A stretch of 64,000 nt of DNA from an uncultured Acidobacteriota bacterium (lineage in GTDB: Bacteria > Acidobacteriota > Vicinamibacteria > Vicinamibacterales > SCN-69-37). The notes under the pieces were generated by a model. That model was not told the DNA's origin. It made no database searches and saw nothing but the letters and a program-made list of their open reading frames with translations. Positions 29,396 through 37,457 of the stretch are shown here, piece by piece. Positions within the stretch are counted from its first letter, which is position 1; each line of letters starts with the position of its first letter. The translations under genes were made by a program, and so were the position numbers. The stretch spans positions 31,498 to 95,497 of the forward strand of contig CAVVWN010000002.1 in the NCBI GenBank assembly GCA_963752045.1, given 5' to 3'.

Positions 29396-30166
29396 TCAAG
29401 CGAGGTCCTTGATGCCGACCACCTGGAAGCGGGCGTTCTTGAAGAACAACCGCTTGAGGCGGTCGCCGAGATGCCTCGGCGGCGTCTCCCTCGCGAGGGC
29501 CCGAGCGGCCGCAATGCCGTCGCGCTCCTCCCATACCCGGACGGGCAGCGCCTCGACGAGTCGTCTGGCGGCACCGAGCGTGAGGTGAACCGTGTGGTCG
29601 GCAAAGGGCCCGATCTCGAAGGGAACACCCAGCGTCGTCCACCCGGCGTGAAGCCATGCCCCGACGCGGTAGACGGGATGGTGCACGTTCACGGTGAAGA
29701 ACAGCACGCCGCCGGGCTTCAGCACACGCGCGAGCTCGCGCATGATGGCGCCGGGCCGCTCGGCATGGTCGATGACGTTGTCACAGAGCACGACGTCGAA
29801 CGACTCGTCGGCAAACGGCAACGCCTCGCCGGCGGCGGCAGAAGTCGGCACGCGGCGGTGCCACGGGAACAAACCTGCGTACTGCACCGCGAGCGGGTCG
29901 ATGCCCACGCGCAACCCGGCCGGTTCCCAGAAGAAGATGAGGCCCCGCGACCCGCACCCGACCTCGAGGACGCGCGCCTCGTCGGCCATGGGCGCGACGG
30001 CGCCGATGAGCGCGCGCGCATCGGCCGATCGCCGCCGCATCCACGGCACGACCTCGTCGGCGGCGAGCGCTCCGACCCTGGCCTGCTGATACGCCCACTG
30101 CCGATCGAGCGCGCGAGCCGCGCGACGTCGTCGACCCCGGGCCATCCACGACTGCACGTCCGGCAC
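29396..30166 (-). CDS. Class I SAM-dependent methyltransferase
   Basis: VLEVGCGS, LPFADESFDVV, ARVLKPGG. Confidence 0.88.
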   Translation of the reverse strand: MPDVQSWMARGRRRRAARALDRQWAYQQARVGALAADEVVPWMRRRSADARALIGAVAPMADEARVLEVGCGSRGLIFFWEPAGLRVGIDPLAVQYAGLFPWHRRVPTSAAAGEALPFADESFDVVLCDNVIDHAERPGAIMRELARVLKPGGVLFFTVNVHHPVYRVGAWLHAGWTTLGVPFEIGPFADHTVHLTLGAARRLVEALPVRVWEERDGIAAARALARETPPRHLGDRLKRLFFKNARFQVVGIKDLA

Positions 30167-30397
30167 GCCGCCAGTCTACGGCGATCGCGATGTCTCTGTA
30201 ACCGCGTCTGTCGGCCGTCGGCTTCTCGTCACTCCCTCCGTCCGACCGGCCACTCCGTCAGCTATCATGGGTCGCCAAGAGCGCCGGAAGCACAGCTCTC
30301 GCCAGGCTGGGCCTGCATCCGCTCGCCGCTCGCATGGCGATTCGCGACGCGCTCAGCTAGTCCCGCGTGGCGACGGCCGGCCGTCGCAGGAGGCAGG

Positions 30398-30907
30398 ATG
30401 GAAGTTTCGTACGACGGCTCCCGGGCGGTCTTTCAGGGCATTAAGGCCGCGGGCATCACGTCCGTGTCAGCCCTTCCCGAGACGTGGCTCGGTCTCATGC
30501 TGCAGTGGGCCGAAGCCGACCCGGACATCCGGCTGATTCAGGTGGCCAAGGAGGAAGAGGCCGTCGGTGTGGCCGCCGGCGCCTGGTTCGCCGGAGAACC
30601 GCACGTGTTGCTCATGCAGAACCACGGCTTCCTCGCCGCCATCAACGGCATCGTCTCGCTCGCGCAGTTGTATTCGATTCCGCTCTGCATGCTCATTGCG
30701 CTGCGGGGACACTGGGGCGAGCCCTACGCCTGGCACACGCGCGGGGGCATCGTCACCGAGCCGGTGCTGCGCGCCCTCGGCATTCCGTTCGAGTACGCGC
30801 GCGACCCGACGCAGGTGGCGCGCCAGATTCGCGAGGCGCGCACGTTCGCCGAAAGCTCGCTCTCGCCCGTGGCGCTGCTGCTCACGCGCGACCTCATGGA
30901 GGAATGA
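30398..30907 (+). CDS. TPP-dependent decarboxylase alpha subunit (sulfopyruvate decarboxylase ComD-like)
   Basis: LPETWL, KEEEAVGVAAGAW, LLMQNHG..AING, LIALRG; GGAGG RBS. Confidence 0.8.
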   Translation: MEVSYDGSRAVFQGIKAAGITSVSALPETWLGLMLQWAEADPDIRLIQVAKEEEAVGVAAGAWFAGEPHVLLMQNHGFLAAINGIVSLAQLYSIPLCMLIALRGHWGEPYAWHTRGGIVTEPVLRALGIPFEYARDPTQVARQIREARTFAESSLSPVALLLTRDLMEE

Positions 30908-31482
30908 CCATGAAGCGCGCCGAGTGCATCGCGATGATGTATCCCGAGCTCGACGACAAGCTCGTGGTCACGATCATGGGCGCCTGCGCGCAGGAGCTCT
31001 ACGACCTCGGTCATCGCGAGAACTTCTTCTACCTGCAGCACGCGATGGGCCTGGCCTCGTCGATCGGACTCGGGCTGGCGATGCACGCGCCGGACCGGAC
31101 GGTCGTCGTGCTCGACGGTGACGGGTCGGTGCTCATGAACCTCGGCACGTTTGCGACGCTCGCGCGGTACAAGCCGAAGAACCTCGTCCACGTCGTCTTC
31201 GACAATGGCAGCCTGCTGTCGACGGGAGGCTTCGACTCGCACACGACGTCGGGGGTGACCGACCTCTCGGCGATCGCCCGCGGTGCCGGCATCGAACACG
31301 TCGCCGACGTCGATTCGGTCATCGCGTTCGGCGATGCTGTGCTCGACGCGTTCAGGCGCGACGACTTCAGCGTCATCGTCGCGCGCGTGTCGGCCGTCGG
31401 ACCCGGGCACTACGGCATGGACCTGCTATTGCCCGAGAACGCGTTCCGGTTCAGGCGGCACATCAGAGAGATCAAGCGATGA
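30904..31482 (+). CDS. TPP-dependent decarboxylase beta subunit (ComE-like)
   Basis: MGLASSIGLGLA, DGDGSVLMNLG..VFDNG (TPP-binding motif); ATGA coupling. Confidence 0.82.
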   Translation: MTMKRAECIAMMYPELDDKLVVTIMGACAQELYDLGHRENFFYLQHAMGLASSIGLGLAMHAPDRTVVVLDGDGSVLMNLGTFATLARYKPKNLVHVVFDNGSLLSTGGFDSHTTSGVTDLSAIARGAGIEHVADVDSVIAFGDAVLDAFRRDDFSVIVARVSAVGPGHYGMDLLLPENAFRFRRHIREIKR

Positions 31483-31562
31483 TGAGACTACGGTCGATTC
31501 TTCGCAGGCTTCGTCACCTTCGCTGGCCCCGCCACTGGCCGCGCTGGTTCAGCAGCGTGTGA

Positions 31563-31721
31563 TTAGCCGCGCGGCCCATCGACCACGAAGGCCGGTGTGC
31601 CGCCGCGGACGACGCGCCAAGCCCAGTGCATGCGTGACCACAGGCCCAGGAGCCGAAGCACGGCCCACGTTCCCGCGCACGCAAGGGACATGAACGCCAG
31701 GCCCGGGACGAAGTCGCTCAT
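31563..31721 (-). CDS. Putative small membrane protein (52 aa)
   Basis: MSDFVPGLAFMSLACAGTWAVLRLLGLW...; TAAACT -10-like box 8 nt upstream of ATG. Confidence 0.4.
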   Translation of the reverse strand: MSDFVPGLAFMSLACAGTWAVLRLLGLWSRMHWAWRVVRGGTPAFVVDGPRG

Positions 31722-31937
31722 GCCTGCCGAGTTTACAGCGCGGGGCCGGCCCGCGGGCACCTTCCGGTGAGCTCCAGGTTGCTCGATAATGGCCCTGCCG
31801 CCGAGGGATCCGACCCTCGGGGCGCCTCGAGAGGCCGACGGTGGGAATTCCGTCGACTCGGGAGGGGCGTACAATAAGGCTCGACACTGGTACGGCCGAC
31901 GCCGCGCCAAGTCCGAGATTCAGGAAGGGAACGCCGC

Positions 31938-32849
31938 ATGGACATGAGCCAGCTCGCCAGCCTTGCCGATTCGGTGCGGGCGCTACCCGTCGAGAGCGCG
32001 TCGCGCCTCCGGCGGCTGCACCGGCTCGTGGACCTGTACGCCGAGGCCGAAGCCGAGGCCGCGTTCAAGGCGGCGGCCCGTCGTGCCCCAGCCGGGACGG
32101 ATGTGGAATCAGGCGTGATCGCGGCGGCCTGGTCCGTCTGGGAACGCCGGGCAGCCGGTGGCACGTCGTTCGGCGACGATGAGGCGGCCCACGACTCGCT
32201 GCGGCGCGATCTGCTCTCGGACGAGTTCAAACCGGTCGTGGCGGCCTGGATTCGCGAGATGCGCGTGCTTGCGTCGGAACGTCCGGACAGCGGCTCCTGC
32301 ACGCTCGGTACGGCGCTGCAGCTGTGGCTGTGGACGCTCGACCATTTCCGCCGGGAGGACCGCGCGGGCAGTGGCCACGCGACACGCGCCATCGACGAGC
32401 TCGTCGATGGCCTCGCGCCGGTGCTGGCGGCCCGCAGCCTCGTACGCGAAGTCACCGGCCGGGTGCCGTCGGTCCCGGGAGAAGAGGGGCATCGGGCCGA
32501 CCTCAGCCACGTGTACTCGGCGCGCGCCTCGGCCGCGCTCGGTGCGCTCTGCGCCGAATTGGTCTTCGGCTATCGACGCCATCTCGTGTGGGATGAGGAA
32601 GGGTGCGCGACGTGTTATCGCGCCGGCGAGCTCGACGAGCTCGAGGCGTTCATCCCCGGTTTCGCGACGGGCGCCCGCGCCGTGGTCGACGTCATCGAGG
32701 ACGACGGGTCGCATCCCACCAAAGCCGGCCCCTGCGTGCGCTTCGACGGCGTGGATACGTTCACGCGGCTGCGCAGCCGGCTCGACGGCTGTCTGACCGG
32801 TGGGAGGCTGGCCAAGGCCCGCGCCGCGGTCACCCTCGGAGGCCGGTAG
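31938..32849 (+). CDS. Hypothetical protein coupled to acyl-CoA dehydrogenase (Cys-containing, CATC)
   Basis: AGGAAGG RBS and upstream TACAAT; stop codon abuts the ACAD start. Confidence 0.7.
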   Translation: MDMSQLASLADSVRALPVESASRLRRLHRLVDLYAEAEAEAAFKAAARRAPAGTDVESGVIAAAWSVWERRAAGGTSFGDDEAAHDSLRRDLLSDEFKPVVAAWIREMRVLASERPDSGSCTLGTALQLWLWTLDHFRREDRAGSGHATRAIDELVDGLAPVLAARSLVREVTGRVPSVPGEEGHRADLSHVYSARASAALGALCAELVFGYRRHLVWDEEGCATCYRAGELDELEAFIPGFATGARAVVDVIEDDGSHPTKAGPCVRFDGVDTFTRLRSRLDGCLTGGRLAKARAAVTLGGR

Positions 32850-34469
32850 ATGGCACTGGCGCGACTCGATGCCGGCGATCTCGACATGATCGTCAGCACG
32901 CTCAAGGAGTTCACGAACCGCACGACACCGCTCGATCGCCGGCTCGCCTGGGACGGGGCGGACACCTGCCCGGAAGATGCCGTGCGGGCGATGCTCGGGC
33001 CCGAAGTCGGACTGCACCTCGCGTTCCTGCCGGCTGAATACGGCGGCATGGGTGGCGGCGCGTACGACATCTACCGCCTCTCGTGCGAGTTCGCCAGAAT
33101 CGACCTGGGGTTGGCGACGTCGATGCTTGCCGTCGCGCTTGGCACCGACCCGATTCGCGTCGGATGCACCGAGGCCCAGAAGCAGCGATGGCTGCGGCGC
33201 ATCGCCGAAGAAGGCCTGATCGTGGCCTACGCGGTCACGGAGCCTGAGGCGGGCTCGAACGTCCAGAACATCAAGACCGAGGCCGAGCCGGTCACCGACG
33301 CCAATGGCATGGTGACGCACTACCGGCTGAACGGCGTGAAGCAGTTCATCTCCAACGGGTCGATTGCCGATCTCTACACCGTGCTCGCCAAAGCGCCCGG
33401 CGGTCCCACGTTTTTCATCGTCGAACGGCGCACGCCAGGCCTGACGCCCGGCAAGCACGAGGTGAAGCACGGCATCCGGCTGTCGGACACCGCGCAGGTG
33501 CTGCTCCAGGACGTCGTCGTGCCCGCCGATCAGCTCGTCGGCGATCGCGAAGGCGAGGGGCTCAAGCAGGCCAACAAGGTGTTCGGCTTCACGCGTCTGA
33601 TGGTGGCCGGTTTCGGCCTCGGCGCGGGGTTCGCGGCCCTCGAGAAGGCGATTGCGTACTCGAAGCAGCGCCGGCAGATGGGAACGCTGCTCTGCGAGAA
33701 GCAGGGATTCACGCACAAACTACTCGTGCCGAACAGCGTGCGGCTGGCCGCCGCCGAGGCCTACATCGAGCAGGTGGCCGACATCCTCGATTCAGGCGAT
33801 CACGACCGGCAGGTCGAGGGCGCCATCGCCAAGTTCTACGCGACCGAGGTCGGCAACATCGCGGCCGACGATGCCGTCCAGGCGCTCGGCGGGTACGGCT
33901 ACTGCGTGGATTTCGAGGTCGAGAAGATCAGGCGAGACGCGCGCATCCTGCGCATCTACGAGGGCACCTCGGAGATTCTCCAGAACATCATCGGCGTGTT
34001 CCGCATGCGCGAGAGCGTGCGCAGCAAGGGACGGTTCTACGGCAACCTGGCGGCTGAAGTCGAGCCGATGACCGAGGCTGGCGGGCCGGCCGCGGCGCGC
34101 ACGGCGCGCTTTCTGGCCACTGCCCTCGACCTGGCGTTTCGTCGAAAGCTCACCAAACAGCAGCATGCGCTCTTCGAGTGCGCGACGTCGATCACCGAGC
34201 TCGAGACGGCCATCGCGCTCGTGCGGGCCGCGGGGACGAGCGGGAACCCGCTGCGACAGGCGCAGGCGCGCGTGTCGGCCTCCGACGCCGCCCTGTCCGT
34301 GCCGACGCGGCTCGTCAAGCTCTTTGCGGCGGCCGGCGTGCTCTCGGCCGACGAGATGGCCTCGCTCGAGGCCGCCGCGGATCTGCCCGGCGCCATGGCG
34401 CTGCAGGCCGGCCGCCTCGCCGACATGAACGCGATCGCGGAAGGCATCACGGGCTACGCGCCAAGCTGA
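32850..34469 (+). CDS. Acyl-CoA dehydrogenase with C-terminal extension
   Basis: PAEYGGMG, YAVTEPEAGS, LNGVKQFISNG, QALGGYGY, RIYEGTSEI. Confidence 0.93.
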   Translation: MALARLDAGDLDMIVSTLKEFTNRTTPLDRRLAWDGADTCPEDAVRAMLGPEVGLHLAFLPAEYGGMGGGAYDIYRLSCEFARIDLGLATSMLAVALGTDPIRVGCTEAQKQRWLRRIAEEGLIVAYAVTEPEAGSNVQNIKTEAEPVTDANGMVTHYRLNGVKQFISNGSIADLYTVLAKAPGGPTFFIVERRTPGLTPGKHEVKHGIRLSDTAQVLLQDVVVPADQLVGDREGEGLKQANKVFGFTRLMVAGFGLGAGFAALEKAIAYSKQRRQMGTLLCEKQGFTHKLLVPNSVRLAAAEAYIEQVADILDSGDHDRQVEGAIAKFYATEVGNIAADDAVQALGGYGYCVDFEVEKIRRDARILRIYEGTSEILQNIIGVFRMRESVRSKGRFYGNLAAEVEPMTEAGGPAAARTARFLATALDLAFRRKLTKQQHALFECATSITELETAIALVRAAGTSGNPLRQAQARVSASDAALSVPTRLVKLFAAAGVLSADEMASLEAAADLPGAMALQAGRLADMNAIAEGITGYAPS

Positions 34470-34667
34470 CCCGGCAGGCTCGCGAACCAGACGTAGCGCG
34501 ACGAGGGTGCGATGGCGTCCCCAATTTGCGCGAGTTGGAACCACCTCTATCTGTGGATCCGTGCAGTGGACGGCCTGCGGACGGCGGCATGAGCCTCGGA
34601 ACTGTAGGCAGACACTGCGCGCTGGGTTGCCGACAGTCGCGGTTGGTGGCCGAGCGCGCAGGAGCGG

Positions 34668-35000
34668 CTACGCGGCGTGTCCGGGAATACGTTCGAGTTC
34701 TGCCCCGAGCGCCTGTTCGGCGTGCCACACGTCAAAGGCCTGCTGCATCCCGAGCCACAGCGCCGGTCCGTTACCGGCCCACTTCCCGAGCCGAACGGCC
34801 ATCTCTGGCGTGACGGGCGCCCTACCCGCCAGGATTCGGTGCAGGAGCTGTCGTGACACGCCGAGCTCGCGGGCTGCCTGCGAGACATTCATCCGCAACG
34901 CTGGCAGCACGTCCTCACGCAGGACCTCACCGGGATGGGTCGGTTCCCGCTTCAATGGCTGCCGAACAGGGAGCCCCTTCGTCGTCTTCGTCGTCGCCAT
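34668..35000 (-). CDS. higA: HigA family addiction module antitoxin
   Basis: PTHPGEVLREDVL..MNVSQAARELGVSRQ..ILAG..VTPEMAVRLG..WLGMQ..D. Confidence 0.92.
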   Translation of the reverse strand: MATTKTTKGLPVRQPLKREPTHPGEVLREDVLPALRMNVSQAARELGVSRQLLHRILAGRAPVTPEMAVRLGKWAGNGPALWLGMQQAFDVWHAEQALGAELERIPGHAA

Positions 35001-35014
35001 CGTCGTCCTTCCGT

Positions 35015-35293
35015 TCAGTGATACTGCTCGAGATCCAGCTCGTGGGCGTCCTTGCCGTCCCAGCGGAACGTGATGCGCCAAGGGCCACTGACTGCCATCG
35101 CGTGCCGGCCCTCTCGATTGCCCTTCAATGGGTGCACACTCCAGCCCGGCATGTTCAGGTCTGAGAGCGCCGTTGCAGCATGGAGCGCGTCCATCGCCCT
35201 TCTGCACCGTTTGTGCAGGTCCGGCTGCACCTTCCGACTCTTGCCGGTCTCGAAGAACTCCCGCAACCCGGCGTGTCGAAAGCTGACGACCAC
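35015..35293 (-). CDS. higB: HigB-like RelE/ParE toxin (plasmid maintenance killer family)
   Basis: SFRHAGLREFFETG..HPLKGNREG..VSGPWRITFRW..DLEQYH; toxin-first gene order. Confidence 0.9.
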   Translation of the reverse strand: MVVSFRHAGLREFFETGKSRKVQPDLHKRCRRAMDALHAATALSDLNMPGWSVHPLKGNREGRHAMAVSGPWRITFRWDGKDAHELDLEQYH

Positions 35294-35300
35294 AGTGTCG

Positions 35301-35329
35301 AGCGTAAAGCAAACGTGACAGAGTGTCAA
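35301..35329 (-). promoter_or_regulatory. Sigma-70 promoter of higBA with overlapping operator palindrome
   Basis: TTGACA-17 nt-TACGCT; TGACA-N3-TGTCA (35316-35328) overlaps the -35; GTG start 7 nt after the -10. Confidence 0.75.
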
Positions 35330-35408
35330 CTATCGATTTACACTCCGGCCAGTGCCGGACGCCAACGCTGGACGCGAGGTGAACTTCATCGAGTTAATCT
35401 AAAAGGGG

Positions 35409-35483
35409 TGGCGTCCCCACCGGGAATCGAACCCGGGTCTCGGCCTTGAAAGGGCCGCGTCCTGACCGCTGGACGATGGGGAC
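35409..35483 (-). tRNA. tRNA-Glu (anticodon UUC)
   Basis: GTCCCCATCGTCCAGCGGTCAGGACGCGGCCCTTTCAAGGCCGAGACCCGGGTTCGATTCCCGGTGGGGACGCCA. Confidence 0.96.
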
Positions 35484-35523
35484 GCACGACGTGCAGCCCT
35501 TAACGATACCAGATGCCGCCCCG

Positions 35524-36396
35524 CTACCTGAACCGGATTGTCGCCGTCACTGGAAAGTGATCGGACGGTAATCGACCGTCTCGGCTCGTCCGCACGATGG
35601 ACGCCGCGAGCACCTCCGTCAGCGGCTCGACGAAGACGTAGTCGATCTTGTCGCCGCCGGTGGCCTCAGGGTTGAAGCCGGTGAACGTTCCAACGGGTTG
35701 CACGCCCGGGTAGAGAACGCGGAACGAGTCCACAAGACGCCCCGGGCGATCGGCTGGACCAGCCACGAGAAGCGCCACCGCCGGATTGTCCTCGCCGGCG
35801 TTCAGGTCGCCCGTGACGACAACCGGCTCCCCCGCCGGCTGCCGATCCGCGATGCGCCGCGAGAGCAGGTCCGTGCTGCGCTCGCGTGACGGCTGCGACT
35901 GGTGATCGAGATGCACGTTGAAATGCCAGAACGCGCGACCGTCGCGATCGACCAGACGCGCCCAGGTCGCGATGCGCGTGATCGTGTTGCCCCACGACCG
36001 CGACGCGACCACCTCGGGCGTGTCCGAGAACCAGAACGTGCCCGACCGGTCCACCCTGAGCCGGCTCGTCCGGAACAGGATCGCCGCATGCTCCCCAGCC
36101 CGACGCCCGTCGTCGCGCCCGACGCCCACCGCCGCGTAGCCGGGCACGGCCGCCAGGATCTCGTCGATCTGGAAATCGAGCGCCTCCTGCAGGCCGATGA
36201 GGTCCGCGTCGGCGCTTCGGACGACGTCGAAGAGCAACGCCCGCCGGTCTTCCCACCGGTTCTCGCCGTCGTTGGCCGTGCCGTACCGGATGTTGAACGA
36301 CACGACTGTGAGCGGCTCGGATGCGGGTGTCTGGGCACGCTCCTCTGCGGCCCCAAGCGCGACCAGGGCGACGACGGCGAGGACGATGCGAATCAC
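35524..36396 (-). CDS. Secreted endonuclease/exonuclease/phosphatase family protein
   Basis: SFNIRY, IGLQEA, NVHLDH, GDLN, KIDYVF, PSDHFPV. Confidence 0.9.
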   Translation of the reverse strand: MIRIVLAVVALVALGAAEERAQTPASEPLTVVSFNIRYGTANDGENRWEDRRALLFDVVRSADADLIGLQEALDFQIDEILAAVPGYAAVGVGRDDGRRAGEHAAILFRTSRLRVDRSGTFWFSDTPEVVASRSWGNTITRIATWARLVDRDGRAFWHFNVHLDHQSQPSRERSTDLLSRRIADRQPAGEPVVVTGDLNAGEDNPAVALLVAGPADRPGRLVDSFRVLYPGVQPVGTFTGFNPEATGGDKIDYVFVEPLTEVLAASIVRTSRDGRLPSDHFPVTATIRFR

Positions 36397-36464
36397 TGAC
36401 TGATCCTAACCCCGGTGGCCCGGTGGCCAGTTGCGTTGACGAAGCCGATGCGTCGTCGGGTGTC

Positions 36465-36518
36465 GGAGGGGCGGGCTTCAGCCCGCCCCGCGGTGGGCCG
36501 GCTGAAGCCGGCCCCTCC
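36465..36518. repeat. REP-like inverted doublet
   Basis: GGAGGGGCGGGCTTCAGCCCGCC ... GGCCGGCTGAAGCCGGCCCCTCC; partial copy TGTCGGAGGGGCGGGCTTC at 42518-42536. Confidence 0.65.
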
Positions 36519-36568
36519 TGGGGATCCCGTGGACGGGCACGACGCCGCCGTGCTTTGATAAGGCCGCT

Positions 36569-37426
36569 ATGCGATGGCAACAGGGACGCCGGAGCCGTAA
36601 CGTCGAGGACCGGCGCGGGATGCGCGTCGGGTCCCCCATGCGGATGGGCGGCCTCGGCCTCGGTGGCCTGCTGCTCATCCTGCTCCTCGGCTACGTGACC
36701 GGCAGCGATCCGCTGCAGCTTCTGACCGAGGTCTCGAGCGAGCTCGAACCAGGCATGACCGAGACAACCGGCGTCCCGGGCGCGCTCCCCGGCGCCCCCG
36801 ATGACGAAGCCGGCCAGTTCGCGGCGACGATCCTGGCGGACACCGAAGACACGTGGACGACGATCTTCGAGGACGCGGGCCGGCGCTACCCGCTGCCCAC
36901 GCTCGTCCTCTTCTCCGACGCCGTCCAGTCCGCGTGCGGCATGACGTCATCGGCAGTCGGCCCCTTCTATTGTCCGGGCGACTCGAAGGTCTACATCGAC
37001 CTCACGTTCTACCGCGAGCTGGCGGATCGGTTCGGCGCGCCGGGCGAGTTCGCGCGGGCCTACGTCATCGCCCACGAAGTCGGCCACCACGTACAGAACG
37101 TGCTCGGCATCTTCGACGCCGTCCGCTCGGGTCAACTCGGCAGCGGAAGCCAGAACGAGCTGTCGGTTCGCCAGGAGCTTCAGGCCGATTGCTTTGCCGG
37201 CGTCTGGGGCCACTACGCCGCCGCCCGCGACATGCTCGAGCCGGGCGACCTCGAGAGTGGCCTGAACGCGGCGGCCGCCATCGGCGACGACCGGATCCAG
37301 CGGCAGACGCAGGGCCGCGTGACGCCCGAAACCTGGACGCACGGCTCGTCGGCCCAGCGCGTGGAGTGGTTCAGGCGCGGACTCGAGTCCGGCGACATCA
37401 ACGCGTGCGACACCTTCGGGGGCTGA
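36569..37426 (+). CDS. Neutral zinc metallopeptidase (YpfJ-like)
   Basis: MRWQQGRRSRNVEDRRG; GPFYCPGD; YVIAHEVGHHVQ; ELQADCFAG; THGSSAQR. Confidence 0.92.
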   Translation: MRWQQGRRSRNVEDRRGMRVGSPMRMGGLGLGGLLLILLLGYVTGSDPLQLLTEVSSELEPGMTETTGVPGALPGAPDDEAGQFAATILADTEDTWTTIFEDAGRRYPLPTLVLFSDAVQSACGMTSSAVGPFYCPGDSKVYIDLTFYRELADRFGAPGEFARAYVIAHEVGHHVQNVLGIFDAVRSGQLGSGSQNELSVRQELQADCFAGVWGHYAAARDMLEPGDLESGLNAAAAIGDDRIQRQTQGRVTPETWTHGSSAQRVEWFRRGLESGDINACDTFGG

Positions 37427-37457
37427 ACGACGTCGTGACCTCCCGAGCCTCGAGCCG

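Larger units (their letters stand above)
34513..35419. mobile_element. Degenerate tRNA-Glu-integrated mini-island (att direct repeats) carrying higBA
   Basis: TGGCGTCCCCA at 34513-34523 duplicates the last 11 nt of tRNA-Glu (35409-35419); cargo is a TA module; no intact integrase. Confidence 0.7.

Noticed and set aside
29354-30397. 517-aa ORF as an N-terminally extended ComD
   Set aside because: The upstream part is the antisense shadow of the methyltransferase; the real start is ATG 30398 with a GGAGG RBS.
935-35483. Functional cluster of iscS-mnmA with its substrate tRNAs Lys(UUU) and Glu(UUC)
   Set aside because: The tRNAs are about 10 and 32 kb away with unrelated genes between; coincidence is sufficient.
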